A program made the translations under genes and the position numbers. Positions 20,901-32,008 of a stretch of 64,000 bases of DNA are shown here, piece by piece. How positions within the stretch are numbered: the first letter of the stretch is position 1; every line of letters starts with the position of its first letter. Where the stretch lies: assembly GCA_013695765.1 (NCBI GenBank), contig JACCZW010000062.1, positions 6,665 through 70,664 of the forward strand. Reading direction: 5' to 3'. The DNA is from Gammaproteobacteria bacterium (GTDB lineage Bacteria > Pseudomonadota > Gammaproteobacteria > JACCYU01). Under the pieces are notes generated by a model that worked only from the letters and a program-made list of their open reading frames with translations, had not been told where the DNA came from and searched no databases.

Positions 20901-21523
20901 TCGAACGGCTGGGCGCGATCAATCTGGCGGCCATCGACGAATTTCGGGAACAAAGTGAGCGCAAGGCGTATCTGGACAGTCAGCACGCGGATCTCGCGCA
21001 GGCGCTCGAGACTCTGGAAAGCGCGATCTACAAGATTGATCGCGAGACCCGGCATCGCTTCAGGGAGACTTATGACAAGGTCAACGTGCGCCTGGGAGAG
21101 ATGTTCCCCCGTTTGTTCGGGGGCGGTCAGGCGCATCTGGAGATGACGGGCGACGATCTGCTGAGCACCGGCATTGCGTTAATGGCCCGCCCGCCCGGCA
21201 AACGGCTGTCGACCATCCATCTCATGTCGGGCGGCGAGAAGGCGCTGACCGCGGTGGCGCTGATCTTCGCGATTTTTGAATTGAATCCGGCACCGTTCTG
21301 TCTGCTGGACGAGGTCGACGCGCCGCTGGACGATGTCAACGTGGGCCGTTTCTGCGAACTGGTGAGCGAGATGTCGAAGCGCGTGCAGTTCATATTTATT
21401 ACGCACAACAAGACCACCATGGAGTACGCGCGGCAACTGGTGGGCGTGACCATGCACGAGCCGGGCGTGTCGCGTCTGGTGGCGGTCGATGTCGATGAAG
21501 CCGTGCGAATGGCCACCGGATAA
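17969..21523 (+). CDS. smc: Chromosome partition protein Smc
   Basis: 1184 aa. N-terminal Walker A GPNGCGKSN, long coiled-coils with a hinge, C-terminal LSGGEKALTAVALIFAIF signature motif plus Walker B DEVDAPLD. Confidence 0.95.
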   Translation: MRLSRVKMAGFKSFVDPTTISFPSDLVGVVGPNGCGKSNIIDAVRWVMGESSRHLRGDTMDDVIFNGSTARKPVGQATIELVFDNHDGQAGGQYAQYSEIALRRTLARDGQSRYFLNGGACRRRDVTDIFLGTGLGPRSYAIIEQGMISRLIEARPEDLRVYLEEAAGISKYKERRRETELRIRHARDNVNRLNDLREEIDKQISHLQRQAKAAEKYQALKSEERRAKAALLALRWRRQSRDALDAEKEVNAHQTRHEQAVAELRRIGADIEQLRVRHIEANNTFNDVQGDYYRLGGDISRIEQSITHHKELSERHALELDQVRQAWETSDAELNRDRERCVQLARDIAVAEPEYARGETALDGHARVLADAELAMQNWQRQWEDLTQRSRAPEQAAEVERARMEYLARQLAQLDQRHQRLARENEQIDPAALKTAIEQLRGQAAQGGAQLDEQQQALNAALAAITRQRDHDKILSQQLDEIAKRAQQASGRLTSMEVLQEAALGKQARGKQARGVVEWLKTNGLGDAPRLAQCVRAAPGWEHALETVLGPSLEAVCVDTLEAAAASVQELQAGPLHLLATDGSANDTRVETRAETGTLLSHVDAPAALDEMLARIYVADDLGQAFTRRQTLTAGQSVVTADGIWLGRDWLRVTRGSTGHDGVLARETEIKTLRKELAALNECVEALQTERSASEQRLQTLEQSRELAQAQANRAHRAQIEAHSRLNREQQRLQQLRSRAAHIARELHEIDAQVKQDQAELAACESRAAQATSAIKVLGRERQSLVEQRDVLQAAVAGARELTRQQQEQSHRLALRLEAMRAAQTSTSEGLARLQAQLREQAQRRDALCATIAKTEEPRQKQAKELKLLLAQRLEVEQALNAARVGMHNIETALREQAAQRLAAERRCETLQEELEVRRMTWRDLSVRCQSINEQFAESGFQLDTLLDEIDSAATIEPAVEATVEQCEAQVENLIRRIERLGAINLAAIDEFREQSERKAYLDSQHADLAQALETLESAIYKIDRETRHRFRETYDKVNVRLGEMFPRLFGGGQAHLEMTGDDLLSTGIALMARPPGKRLSTIHLMSGGEKALTAVALIFAIFELNPAPFCLLDEVDAPLDDVNVGRFCELVSEMSKRVQFIFITHNKTTMEYARQLVGVTMHEPGVSRLVAVDVDEAVRMATG

Positions 21524-21575
21524 TGCCCGTGTCATGATTTTCCGCGGGGAGCCTGTCTGAAAATGGATTATTACC

Positions 21576-24567
<2,992 letters not shown>

Positions 24568-24664
24568 GCCGGCCTTGGTAAGCGACTAGTATTCTCGTGG
24601 CCCCTCAATCTACCGGCAGCGGCTTGATTATGCGCGCTGGCCAACCTACAACCTGGAGGTATGC

Positions 24665-25276
24665 ATGGATTCTTCAGACACGTTTAACAATTGGCGCCCG
24701 CATCCCTGGCATGGCCTGGAGACAGGTTCCAACCCGCCAAAGCTGGTCAACGCGTATATCGAGATCACGCAGTTCGATCTGGTGAAATACGAAATCGACA
24801 AGACCACTGGCTATATGCACGTGGATCGTCCGCAGCAGACGTCGTCCCACCCGCCGACCTTGTACGGCTTTATCCCGCGCACCTATTGCAGCCGGCGCGT
24901 GACGGCCCTGTGCGACAAGGCCGAGCGCGGCGACGAGGATCCACTGGATGTCTGCGTCGTCAGCGAGCGCCAGATTACCCGTTCAGAGGTGATTCTGCAT
25001 TCACGGGTGCTTGGCGGCATCCAGATGCTCGACGGCGGCGATGCTGACGACAAGATCATCGCCGTGCTGGAGAACGACAACTTCTGGGGCGAGGCGCAGG
25101 ACATCGGCGATTTGCCTGAAAAGCTCATCGAGCGCCTGAGTCACTATTTCGCGACCTACAAGATGGTGCCGAACAAACCCAACAAGATATCCATCGAAGG
25201 TGTGTATGGCTGCGACCACGCCATGAAAGTCGTCGAAGCGGCGATGGCGGATTACGAGGAGGAATTCGGGCGCTGA
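24665..25276 (+). CDS. ppa: Soluble inorganic pyrophosphatase (family I)
   Basis: HPWHGLE, EIxxxxxVKYE, DGDPLDV-type acidic cluster ([10 protein letters not shown]), AVLEND. Confidence 0.85.
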   Translation: MDSSDTFNNWRPHPWHGLETGSNPPKLVNAYIEITQFDLVKYEIDKTTGYMHVDRPQQTSSHPPTLYGFIPRTYCSRRVTALCDKAERGDEDPLDVCVVSERQITRSEVILHSRVLGGIQMLDGGDADDKIIAVLENDNFWGEAQDIGDLPEKLIERLSHYFATYKMVPNKPNKISIEGVYGCDHAMKVVEAAMADYEEEFGR

Positions 25277-25467
25277 CGATAACGTTGGCAAAGGATTGCC
25301 GATCTACAGACGCAGTGTCAGTCGCCCATGTGCTGTCGTAAATCGTAGGGGCTGGTTGATCTGTGTGTAACCCGGCATCCTCAGTGCCGGGGACTCGCAA
25401 GCTTATCAACCAGCGCGGGCTCGGCTCGATTCACACGTTATGCGCAAATTCTACAATGGAGCAATCG

Positions 25468-25999
25468 ATGAAATTCTTACCTCACACTTCGATTAAGATT
25501 CAGAGACAGAGCAATGGACTTATTGCGGCAGACAAGGAGTTTTTGTTGGCCTTTTGGTCCCGGGTCGATGGTGAGATAGAAGATGGACTATCTGGCGCAA
25601 TTGGTTGCTACATATTTTCCATTCGAGCGGGCAAGGGTTCATTGCCTTGGTACGTTGGACTCGCTGAAAAACAGTCATTTCGCAAGGAGTGCTTTACGAG
25701 TCACAAACTTAAACACTACAACAATGCAATTGCGAAAAAAAAAGGGCACCCCCATATTAACCTTGATCGCCAAGTACACCCCGGGCAATAAACGTGTCAA
25801 CCCTACTGGAAATAAACATCGTGACATTCAGTTTCTTGAAACCATGCTTATTTCTAAGTGTGTGGCCAGAAACGACGAGCTATACAATGTCAGAGACACT
25901 AAGCTGCTGCGGGAAATGCAAGTGCCTGGCTTATTAAATACACCTCAAGGCAAGCTCGCATCATCGGTTTCAGAATTCAGAGGCCTAATTGGCAAATAA
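25468..25999 (+). pseudogene. Hypothetical protein with an N-terminal GIY-YIG-like nuclease motif, interrupted at an A9 homopolymer (frames 1 then 2). Low-GC island cargo.
   Basis: GCYIFSIRAGKGSLPWYVGLAEKQSFRKECFTSH resembles GIY-x(10-12)-YVG-x-A-x(4)-R-x(3)-H. ORFs 25363..25791 and 25583..25999 overlap and switch frame exactly at the aaaaaaaaa run (about 25738-25746). GGAG lies 7 nt before the ATG at 25468. Confidence 0.5.
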
Positions 26000-26188
26000 G
26001 CCCGCGTGGGGCGGAAGCCTCTCCTGGGCATAAGCGAAAGCCCCGTTTAAGTTGAGTGAACTGCGCGAACTCCAACATTCATTCAGCCTCCTCGACCTGC
26101 AAGTCATCTACCTGCAGTGCCCGTTTTGCGCCAGAAGACGGCGCGCTCCGGCTTCCTGCAAGGGCGCCTGTCTGCTAAATTGCAGCGC

Positions 26189-26410
26189 ATGAAGGTCGAA
26201 CAACTCAAAGGCATCGTTCATGCTGATCCGGACATTATGGGCGGGACGCCTGTCTTTGTCGGCACGCGTGTGCCGCTGCAGAACCTCATCGATTATCTGG
26301 AGGGCGGGGAGTCAATCGAGGACTTCCTGGATGCCTTCCCTACCGTGCAGCGCGACCAGGTCATCGGCGTCATCGAAGCCGGCAAGCTGACGATTCTCGA
26401 CACCGTCTGA
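26189..26410 (+). CDS. DUF433-domain protein (putative antitoxin of a DUF433/DUF5615 type II TA pair)
   Basis: DPDIMGGTPVFVGTRVPLQNLIDYLEGGESIEDFLDAFPTVQRDQV matches the DUF433 consensus (GGkPvi.GTRi.v..il..l..G.s.eeil..yP.l....i). Confidence 0.75.
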   Translation: MKVEQLKGIVHADPDIMGGTPVFVGTRVPLQNLIDYLEGGESIEDFLDAFPTVQRDQVIGVIEAGKLTILDTV

Positions 26411-26733
26411 GTGGTGCGCATTCTGATCGACGAGTGCCTCAACTGGCGGCTATCTCGCGCGCTCACCGCCCACTACGCAGTATCCGTCCAGAAATGGGCT
26501 GGGGCCGACTTAAGAATGGCGCATTGTTCACCAAGGCTGAAAAAGAGTTTGACGCCTTCCTGACCGGTGACCGCAATCTGAGCTTCCAGCAGAACTCGAC
26601 GAGGTATAACCTCGCCGTTGTGGTCCTTCATGCCGAGAGCACCCAATTGCATCAGACGCTGCCGCTGATCCGTAACGTTCTGGACCTCCTCCCGACACTG
26701 AAGCCTGGACAGGTTTTGGATGTGTATCCGTAA
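26411..26733 (+). pseudogene. DUF5615-family PIN-like toxin, frameshifted near 26485-26495
   Basis: GTG-start frame gives VVRILIDECLNWRLSRALTAHYAVSVQ (typical DUF5615 N-terminus, start overlapping the antitoxin stop). The rest (...EMGWGRLKNGALFTKAEKEFDAFLTGDRNLSFQQN...VVVLHAES...) is in ORF 26434..26733, a different frame. Confidence 0.6.
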
Positions 26734-26917
26734 TCCTGAAACCAACTAAAGGTTCGGGACAAACCGGGACATACGCTTCTAAGATCAGCAACGGCCACCA
26801 CGAGGGATGACCGCGGCCTTTGATCCCACTTCGTGCGGATTCTTGGGGTTCGCGCGTGCCTCCCGACTACGTCACTTGCGCCAGTGAAAAGGCCGCGCCA
26901 GCAGCGCTCAGTCACTT

Positions 26918-28945
26918 CTACAACATCGGCACGATCAGCAGCGCCACGATGTTCATGATCTTGATGAGCGGGTTGACCGCGGGGCCGGCGGTGTCCTTGT
27001 AGGGATCGCCCACGGTATCTCCGGTCACTGCGGCTTTGTGCGCCTCCGAGCCCTTGCCGCCGTGCGCGCCGTCTTCGATGTATTTCTTGGCGTTGTCCCA
27101 GGCGCCACCGCCGGTGGTCATTGAGATCGCGACGAACAGGCCGGTGACGATCGAACCCATCAACATGCCGCCCAGCGCTTTGGGCCCCAGCAACAGCCCG
27201 ACCACGACCGGCACCAGCACGGGCAGCAACGAGGGCAGGATCATTTCCTTGATCGCGGCTCTGGTGAGCAGGTCGACCGCGCGCGAATAGTCCGGCTTCG
27301 CGGTGCCTTCCATGATGCCCTTGATCTCGCGGAACTGGCGGCGCACTTCGATTACCACCGATGCCGCCGCGCGACCTACGGCTTCCATCGCCACCGCGGC
27401 GAAGAGATAGGGCACGAGTCCGCCGATAAACAGACCGATGATCACCATGGGATCGGAAAGATCGAAACGCAGTGCCGCGCCGGCGTGGTCCAGCGCATGC
27501 GTGTAGTCGGCGAAGAGCACGAGTGCGGCCAGTCCCGCCGAGCCGATCGCATAGCCTTTGGTGACCGCTTTGGTGGTGTTGCCCACGGCGTCCAGGGGAT
27601 CGGTAATCGCGCGCACCGATGCGGGCATGTCCGCCATCTCGGCGATGCCGCCGGCGTTGTCCGTGATCGGGCCGTACGCATCGAGTGCTACGATAATTCC
27701 AGTCATGGACAGCATCGCGGTCGCGGCGATGGCGATGCCGTACAGGCCGGCGAACGCATACGACACGAAAATCGCGGCGCATACCGCGATGACCGGCAGT
27801 GCGGTTGATTTCATGGAGACGCCGAGTCCCGCGATGATGTTGGTCGCGTGTCCGGTGGTGGAAGCCTCAGCTACGTGGCGCACCGGAGAGTATTCGGTGG
27901 CGGTGTAGTACTCGGTGATCAGCACGAGCAGCGCGGTCAGCACCAGCCCGACGACTCCGGATGCCCACAGGGCGGCGACGCTGTGGTATTCATTGCCACC
28001 CATGAGCCACGCCGTGACCGGATAAAAGGCTACCAGCGATATCAATGCCGAGACGATCACGCCCTTGTACAGCGCGTTCATGATCTTGGCGCCGGGGCTG
28101 GTTTTCACGAAGTAGCAGCCGATAATCGAGCCGATGATCGAAACGCCGCCCAGCACCAGCGGATAGACGACCGCATCGAGCCCCGCGGTCGGCATCAGCA
28201 GCGCGCCCAGAAGCATCGTGGCAATGATGGTGACGGCGTAGGTTTCGAACAGATCCGCCGCCATGCCGGCGCAATCGCCGACGTTGTCGCCGACGTTGTC
28301 AGCGATGACCGCGGGATTGCGTGGATCGTCTTCGGGAATGCCTGCTTTGACCTTGCCGACCAGATCCGCGCCTACATCCGCACCTTTGGTGAAAATACCG
28401 CCGCCCAGTCGCGCGAAGATCGAAATGAGCGAGCCGCCGAAAGCGAGACCGATCAGGGGCTGCAAAATCTGCGTCAGATTGGCCGCATCTTCCGCAAGCG
28501 CCAGGAGAATCGAGAAGTAGCCGGCGACGCCGAGCAGTCCCAGACCCACCACCAGCATGCCGGTGATCGCGCCGCCGCGAAAGGCGACCGAGAGCGCTTC
28601 GTTCAAGCCGGTGCGCGCGGCTTCAGCGGTGCGCACATTGCAGCGCACCGACACGTTCATGCCGATGTAGCCCGTCGCACCCGATAGCACCGCGCCGATG
28701 GCGAACCCCCACGCCGTCGCCCATGACAAGAAAAAACCGATGACGAAAAAGAGCACGATGCCAACGATGCCGATCGTCGTATATTGTCGATTCAAATAGG
28801 CCATCGCGCCTACCTGCACCGCGGCGGCGATCTCTCGCATGCGGTCGTTGCCGTCGGGACGGCTTAAGACTTCTTTGGTGGAAACCGCGCCGTAAACGAT
28901 CGCGATGACCGCGCAGATGAGCGCGAACAATAGACCCACTGACAT
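26918..28945 (-). CDS. hppA: K+-insensitive H+-translocating membrane pyrophosphatase
   Basis: 675 aa, 15-16 TM helices. Conserved V-PPase blocks ([19 protein letters not shown]..., [19 protein letters not shown]). Confidence 0.95.
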   Translation of the reverse strand: MSVGLLFALICAVIAIVYGAVSTKEVLSRPDGNDRMREIAAAVQVGAMAYLNRQYTTIGIVGIVLFFVIGFFLSWATAWGFAIGAVLSGATGYIGMNVSVRCNVRTAEAARTGLNEALSVAFRGGAITGMLVVGLGLLGVAGYFSILLALAEDAANLTQILQPLIGLAFGGSLISIFARLGGGIFTKGADVGADLVGKVKAGIPEDDPRNPAVIADNVGDNVGDCAGMAADLFETYAVTIIATMLLGALLMPTAGLDAVVYPLVLGGVSIIGSIIGCYFVKTSPGAKIMNALYKGVIVSALISLVAFYPVTAWLMGGNEYHSVAALWASGVVGLVLTALLVLITEYYTATEYSPVRHVAEASTTGHATNIIAGLGVSMKSTALPVIAVCAAIFVSYAFAGLYGIAIAATAMLSMTGIIVALDAYGPITDNAGGIAEMADMPASVRAITDPLDAVGNTTKAVTKGYAIGSAGLAALVLFADYTHALDHAGAALRFDLSDPMVIIGLFIGGLVPYLFAAVAMEAVGRAAASVVIEVRRQFREIKGIMEGTAKPDYSRAVDLLTRAAIKEMILPSLLPVLVPVVVGLLLGPKALGGMLMGSIVTGLFVAISMTTGGGAWDNAKKYIEDGAHGGKGSEAHKAAVTGDTVGDPYKDTAGPAVNPLIKIMNIVALLIVPML

Positions 28946-29221
28946 GAATGCTTACTCCCTTTTATTGGTTGTGCGGATAAAACTCGCGCGGATTATACAG
29001 ATAAGGCTCTGGCGTTGGTGAAATCACCGGGACATCGAGCACCAACAGGTAAAAAAAGTCTGGTGACAGCTGACCGTACTATTCGTAGTTCGCGAGATAA
29101 TGCGGCTGGGGCAGGCGGAGTTGAGCTGAGCGTACCCCGGCATTGGGGGTCATCCGGTCGACCGACGATTCGCGCGCCTCTCCCTCTGCACTAGCAACGC
29201 GGGCCGTCGCCTGCCCGCGAT

Positions 29222-30073
29222 CTAGCTCCCGGGATTCTGAGCCTGCGTATTCAGCTTGATGTTGACCTCGGCCTCCTCGCGCAACGACTTTATGTAGTCC
29301 TGCAAGGCCCGGTCGCTCAGTATGCCCGACAGCCGCTCCTCGACCTCCGCGTACGTCGGCGGCTCCAGCTCGCGGGTGTCCTCGAGCATAATGACATGCC
29401 AACCAAACTGCGTTTGCACCGGCTGTTTGGTGTACGTGCCTTTTTCCATCCGCGTTATTGCTTGCGCGAATGGCGGCACCATCGCCTCGGGAGCGAACCA
29501 GCCCAGATCACCGCCCTGCGGCGCGGAGGGGTCGGTGGATTCCTGTTTGGAGACGGTGGCGAAGTCCGCCCCGCCATCCAGCTTCTTGATGGCGGCCTGC
29601 GCTTCTTCTTCCGTTGCGGTGAGAATGTGTCTCGCTTTGTATTCGCGACTCGAAAGTTGCGCAAGTTGCTTTTTGTATTCGGCTTTAAGCTCCTTTGTCG
29701 AGAACGACATATCGCTCATGCGTTCCTGCATCATCGTGTTCACCAACAGGTTGGTGCGCTGCCAGCCCAGTTCGGCCTGCACCGCCGGGCGCTTGTCGAT
29801 ACCTTGCTGTTCGGCTGCCTGCTCGATGAGTTTTAATTTGACCAAATCGTTGAGCGCCGTCTCCGGTTCGGCTACAACGCCGGGTTGTGCGGCCTGCATG
29901 CCTTGCAGGTAGGCATCGAGGTCGCTACGGGTCACGTCGCTACCGTTCACGGTGGCGACCACTTCGGCCGCTTGCGCGGGTGCTGCCGGTTCGCTGTTAT
30001 TCTGATCGCAGCCCGCGAGGAGCATAGCGCCCAGCAGCAGAGTTGACGTCAATCGAGCAGTCGCGAGATTCAT
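29222..30073 (-). CDS. Parvulin-type peptidyl-prolyl cis-trans isomerase lipoprotein (PpiC/PrsA-like)
   Basis: Lipobox LLAGC, central rotamase domain (ARHILTATEEEA...GGDLGWFAPEAMVPPFAQA). Confidence 0.8.
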   Translation of the reverse strand: MNLATARLTSTLLLGAMLLAGCDQNNSEPAAPAQAAEVVATVNGSDVTRSDLDAYLQGMQAAQPGVVAEPETALNDLVKLKLIEQAAEQQGIDKRPAVQAELGWQRTNLLVNTMMQERMSDMSFSTKELKAEYKKQLAQLSSREYKARHILTATEEEAQAAIKKLDGGADFATVSKQESTDPSAPQGGDLGWFAPEAMVPPFAQAITRMEKGTYTKQPVQTQFGWHVIMLEDTRELEPPTYAEVEERLSGILSDRALQDYIKSLREEAEVNIKLNTQAQNPGS

Positions 30074-30178
30074 AATTTTTTATCCTGATAATTAAAATTG
30101 TGTCCGGAATATACGCGGTGCGATGGGCGTGACGCGTCCGCGCAGTATTTTGGACCGTGAAAACGTGGAAACTAAACG

Positions 30179-30484
30179 TCAGGGCAGAACTTTTTTGAAT
30201 GGTTTGACCGTCACGCGCTGATAAACACGCGCGGCGACGTAAGGGTCTTCATCGGCCCAGACCTGCGCCGCTTCGAGCGAATCGAACTCCGCCACAACCA
30301 GGCTGCCGGTAAAGCCGGCCGGGCCTGGCTCCGCAGCGTCGATGGCCGGATGCGGACCGGCCAGGATCAGGCGGCCGCGTTCCTTGAGCGCCACCAGTCG
30401 CCCGATATGCGCCTCGCGCGCGGCTTTGCGCTGGTCCGCGCTGCCTTCGGCGTCCTCACTGATGACCGCGTATAACATTGACAT
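30179..30484 (-). CDS. yciI: YciI-like protein (Dabb-fold)
   Basis: About 100 aa, collinear with E. coli YciI (MLYAV...HIGRL..L.ERG.LILAGP...SLVVAEFDSLEAAQVWADEDPYV). Adjacent to yciB, as in enterics. Confidence 0.8.
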   Translation of the reverse strand: MSMLYAVISEDAEGSADQRKAAREAHIGRLVALKERGRLILAGPHPAIDAAEPGPAGFTGSLVVAEFDSLEAAQVWADEDPYVAARVYQRVTVKPFKKVLP

Positions 30485-30513
30485 CTTTCCGGAGCCGTTA
30501 ACTTTCCTGGGCC

Positions 30514-31143
30514 TCAGCTTTGCCGAGTCTCATTCTCGGCGGGCTCCGTGTAACGGGACAGATAAAGCGCCTGAGCGAACACAAATGCCAGGGTCATTCC
30601 CATTAGCCCGAACAGCTTGAAGTCTACCCAGGTTTCTTCGCTGAAATTATAGGCCACGTAAATATTGGCGAGCCCCGCGATCAGAAAAAAACTGACCCAG
30701 CCCAGGTTAACCCGCCGCCAGATGCCTGCGCGCACCGTAACCGCGTGTTCCATCATGCGTTCGATGAGCGTCTTGTTGCCGACGAACTGGCTGGTTAAGA
30801 ACGCCGCGGCAAACAGCCAGTTGAGGATGGTCGGCTTCCATTTGATGAACAGCGGATCGTGCAGCGCCAGGGTCGCGCCGCCGAATACCGTGATGACCGC
30901 CAGGGAGATCAGGTGAGACTTTTCAAAGCGGCGAAAACGCAGATAATAAAGCGATACCTGCAGCATTGACGCCAGGATGGCCACCGCCGTGGCGAGATAA
31001 ATGGCGTGTTCCGCATTGCCGGGTGTCAGCGCAAGCAGCGGCAAAGAGTCGAACGCATTCACGACGCCTGGCGGTATGACGCCATAAAACTTGTAGACGA
31101 CAAAAAACAGCAGAACCGGAAAAAAATCGTACAGAAACTTCAT
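30514..31143 (-). CDS. yciB: Intracellular septation protein A (YciB/IspZ)
   Basis: MKFLYDFFPVLLFFVVYK N-terminus and five TM segments. The ORF-track start at 31242 is an upstream extension. Confidence 0.9.
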   Translation of the reverse strand: MKFLYDFFPVLLFFVVYKFYGVIPPGVVNAFDSLPLLALTPGNAEHAIYLATAVAILASMLQVSLYYLRFRRFEKSHLISLAVITVFGGATLALHDPLFIKWKPTILNWLFAAAFLTSQFVGNKTLIERMMEHAVTVRAGIWRRVNLGWVSFFLIAGLANIYVAYNFSEETWVDFKLFGLMGMTLAFVFAQALYLSRYTEPAENETRQS

Positions 31144-31301
31144 TGTGCGTGTAAGTGATGAGCCGTGCTGACTTGAGCTTATGGTAGCGCATGCGCCGCG
31201 CCCTGAACACGTTTTGGTCATGCACGCCCGCCATTGGTTCACCTCCCAAGGCGGGGTAGAATCGACGCCTAGTTCCCTTTGGCCCGAAAAGAGGCGCTGC
31301 C

Positions 31302-31928
31302 GTGAGCCAGTTTTTCGCGATTCATCCCGACAATCCTCAAGCCAGGCTGGTGCAAAAGTCCGTTGATATACTCAATGGCGGTGGACTGATCGTGTACCCC
31401 ACCGATTCGTGCTACGCGCTGGGTTGTCTGATCGGCAACAAGGCCGCTATGGAGCGCATGCGCCGCATCAGAGACGTGGACGACAAGCATCATTTCACCC
31501 TGGTGTGCCGGGATCTGTCCGAGATCGCAACCTACGCCAAGGTGGATAACACCGCGTACCGGCTGCTCAAGGCGCGCACACCGGGGCCTTATACGTTTCT
31601 GCTCAAAGCAACCCACGAGGTGCCGCGCCGGCTGCAAACGCCCAGGCGCAATACCATCGGCATTCGGGTGCCGGATCATGCGGTGACGCAAGCGCTGCTG
31701 GCGCTGCTCGACCAGCCGCTGATGAGCAGCACCTTGCTGATGCCGGGCTCCGAACTGCCGATGACCGAACCTGATGAGATGCGCGAACAACTGGAGCATC
31801 AGGTGGATCTGATTATCGACGGCGGCTTCTGCGGTATCGAGCCGACCACCGTGATCGACCTGATCGACGGCACGCCGACAATCATCCGTCAGGGCCGGGG
31901 CGAGGTCGATGATCTGGCGGGGTATTGA
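31302..31928 (+). CDS. yciO: L-threonylcarbamoyladenylate synthase-like YrdC/Sua5-domain protein (YciO)
   Basis: YrdC fold blocks (IVYPTDSCYALGC, RIRDVDDKHHFTLVC, TTVIDL). Confidence 0.85.
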   Translation: MSQFFAIHPDNPQARLVQKSVDILNGGGLIVYPTDSCYALGCLIGNKAAMERMRRIRDVDDKHHFTLVCRDLSEIATYAKVDNTAYRLLKARTPGPYTFLLKATHEVPRRLQTPRRNTIGIRVPDHAVTQALLALLDQPLMSSTLLMPGSELPMTEPDEMREQLEHQVDLIIDGGFCGIEPTTVIDLIDGTPTIIRQGRGEVDDLAGY

Positions 31929-32008
31929 TTCGATGCTCCGCGCCGTCAACGCCTCGTGATGCGCGCGTACCCGAACCGTTTTAACTAATAGCCAATTCAG
32001 GGCTGCCC

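Noticed and set aside
26745-26917. Looked for a tRNA/tmRNA gene or att site at the right boundary of the 25.3-26.8 kb island (ggggttcgcgcgtgcctcc resembles a T-arm)
   Set aside because: No cloverleaf can be drawn; the GGTTCGAATCC T-loop consensus and acceptor/anticodon stems are absent.
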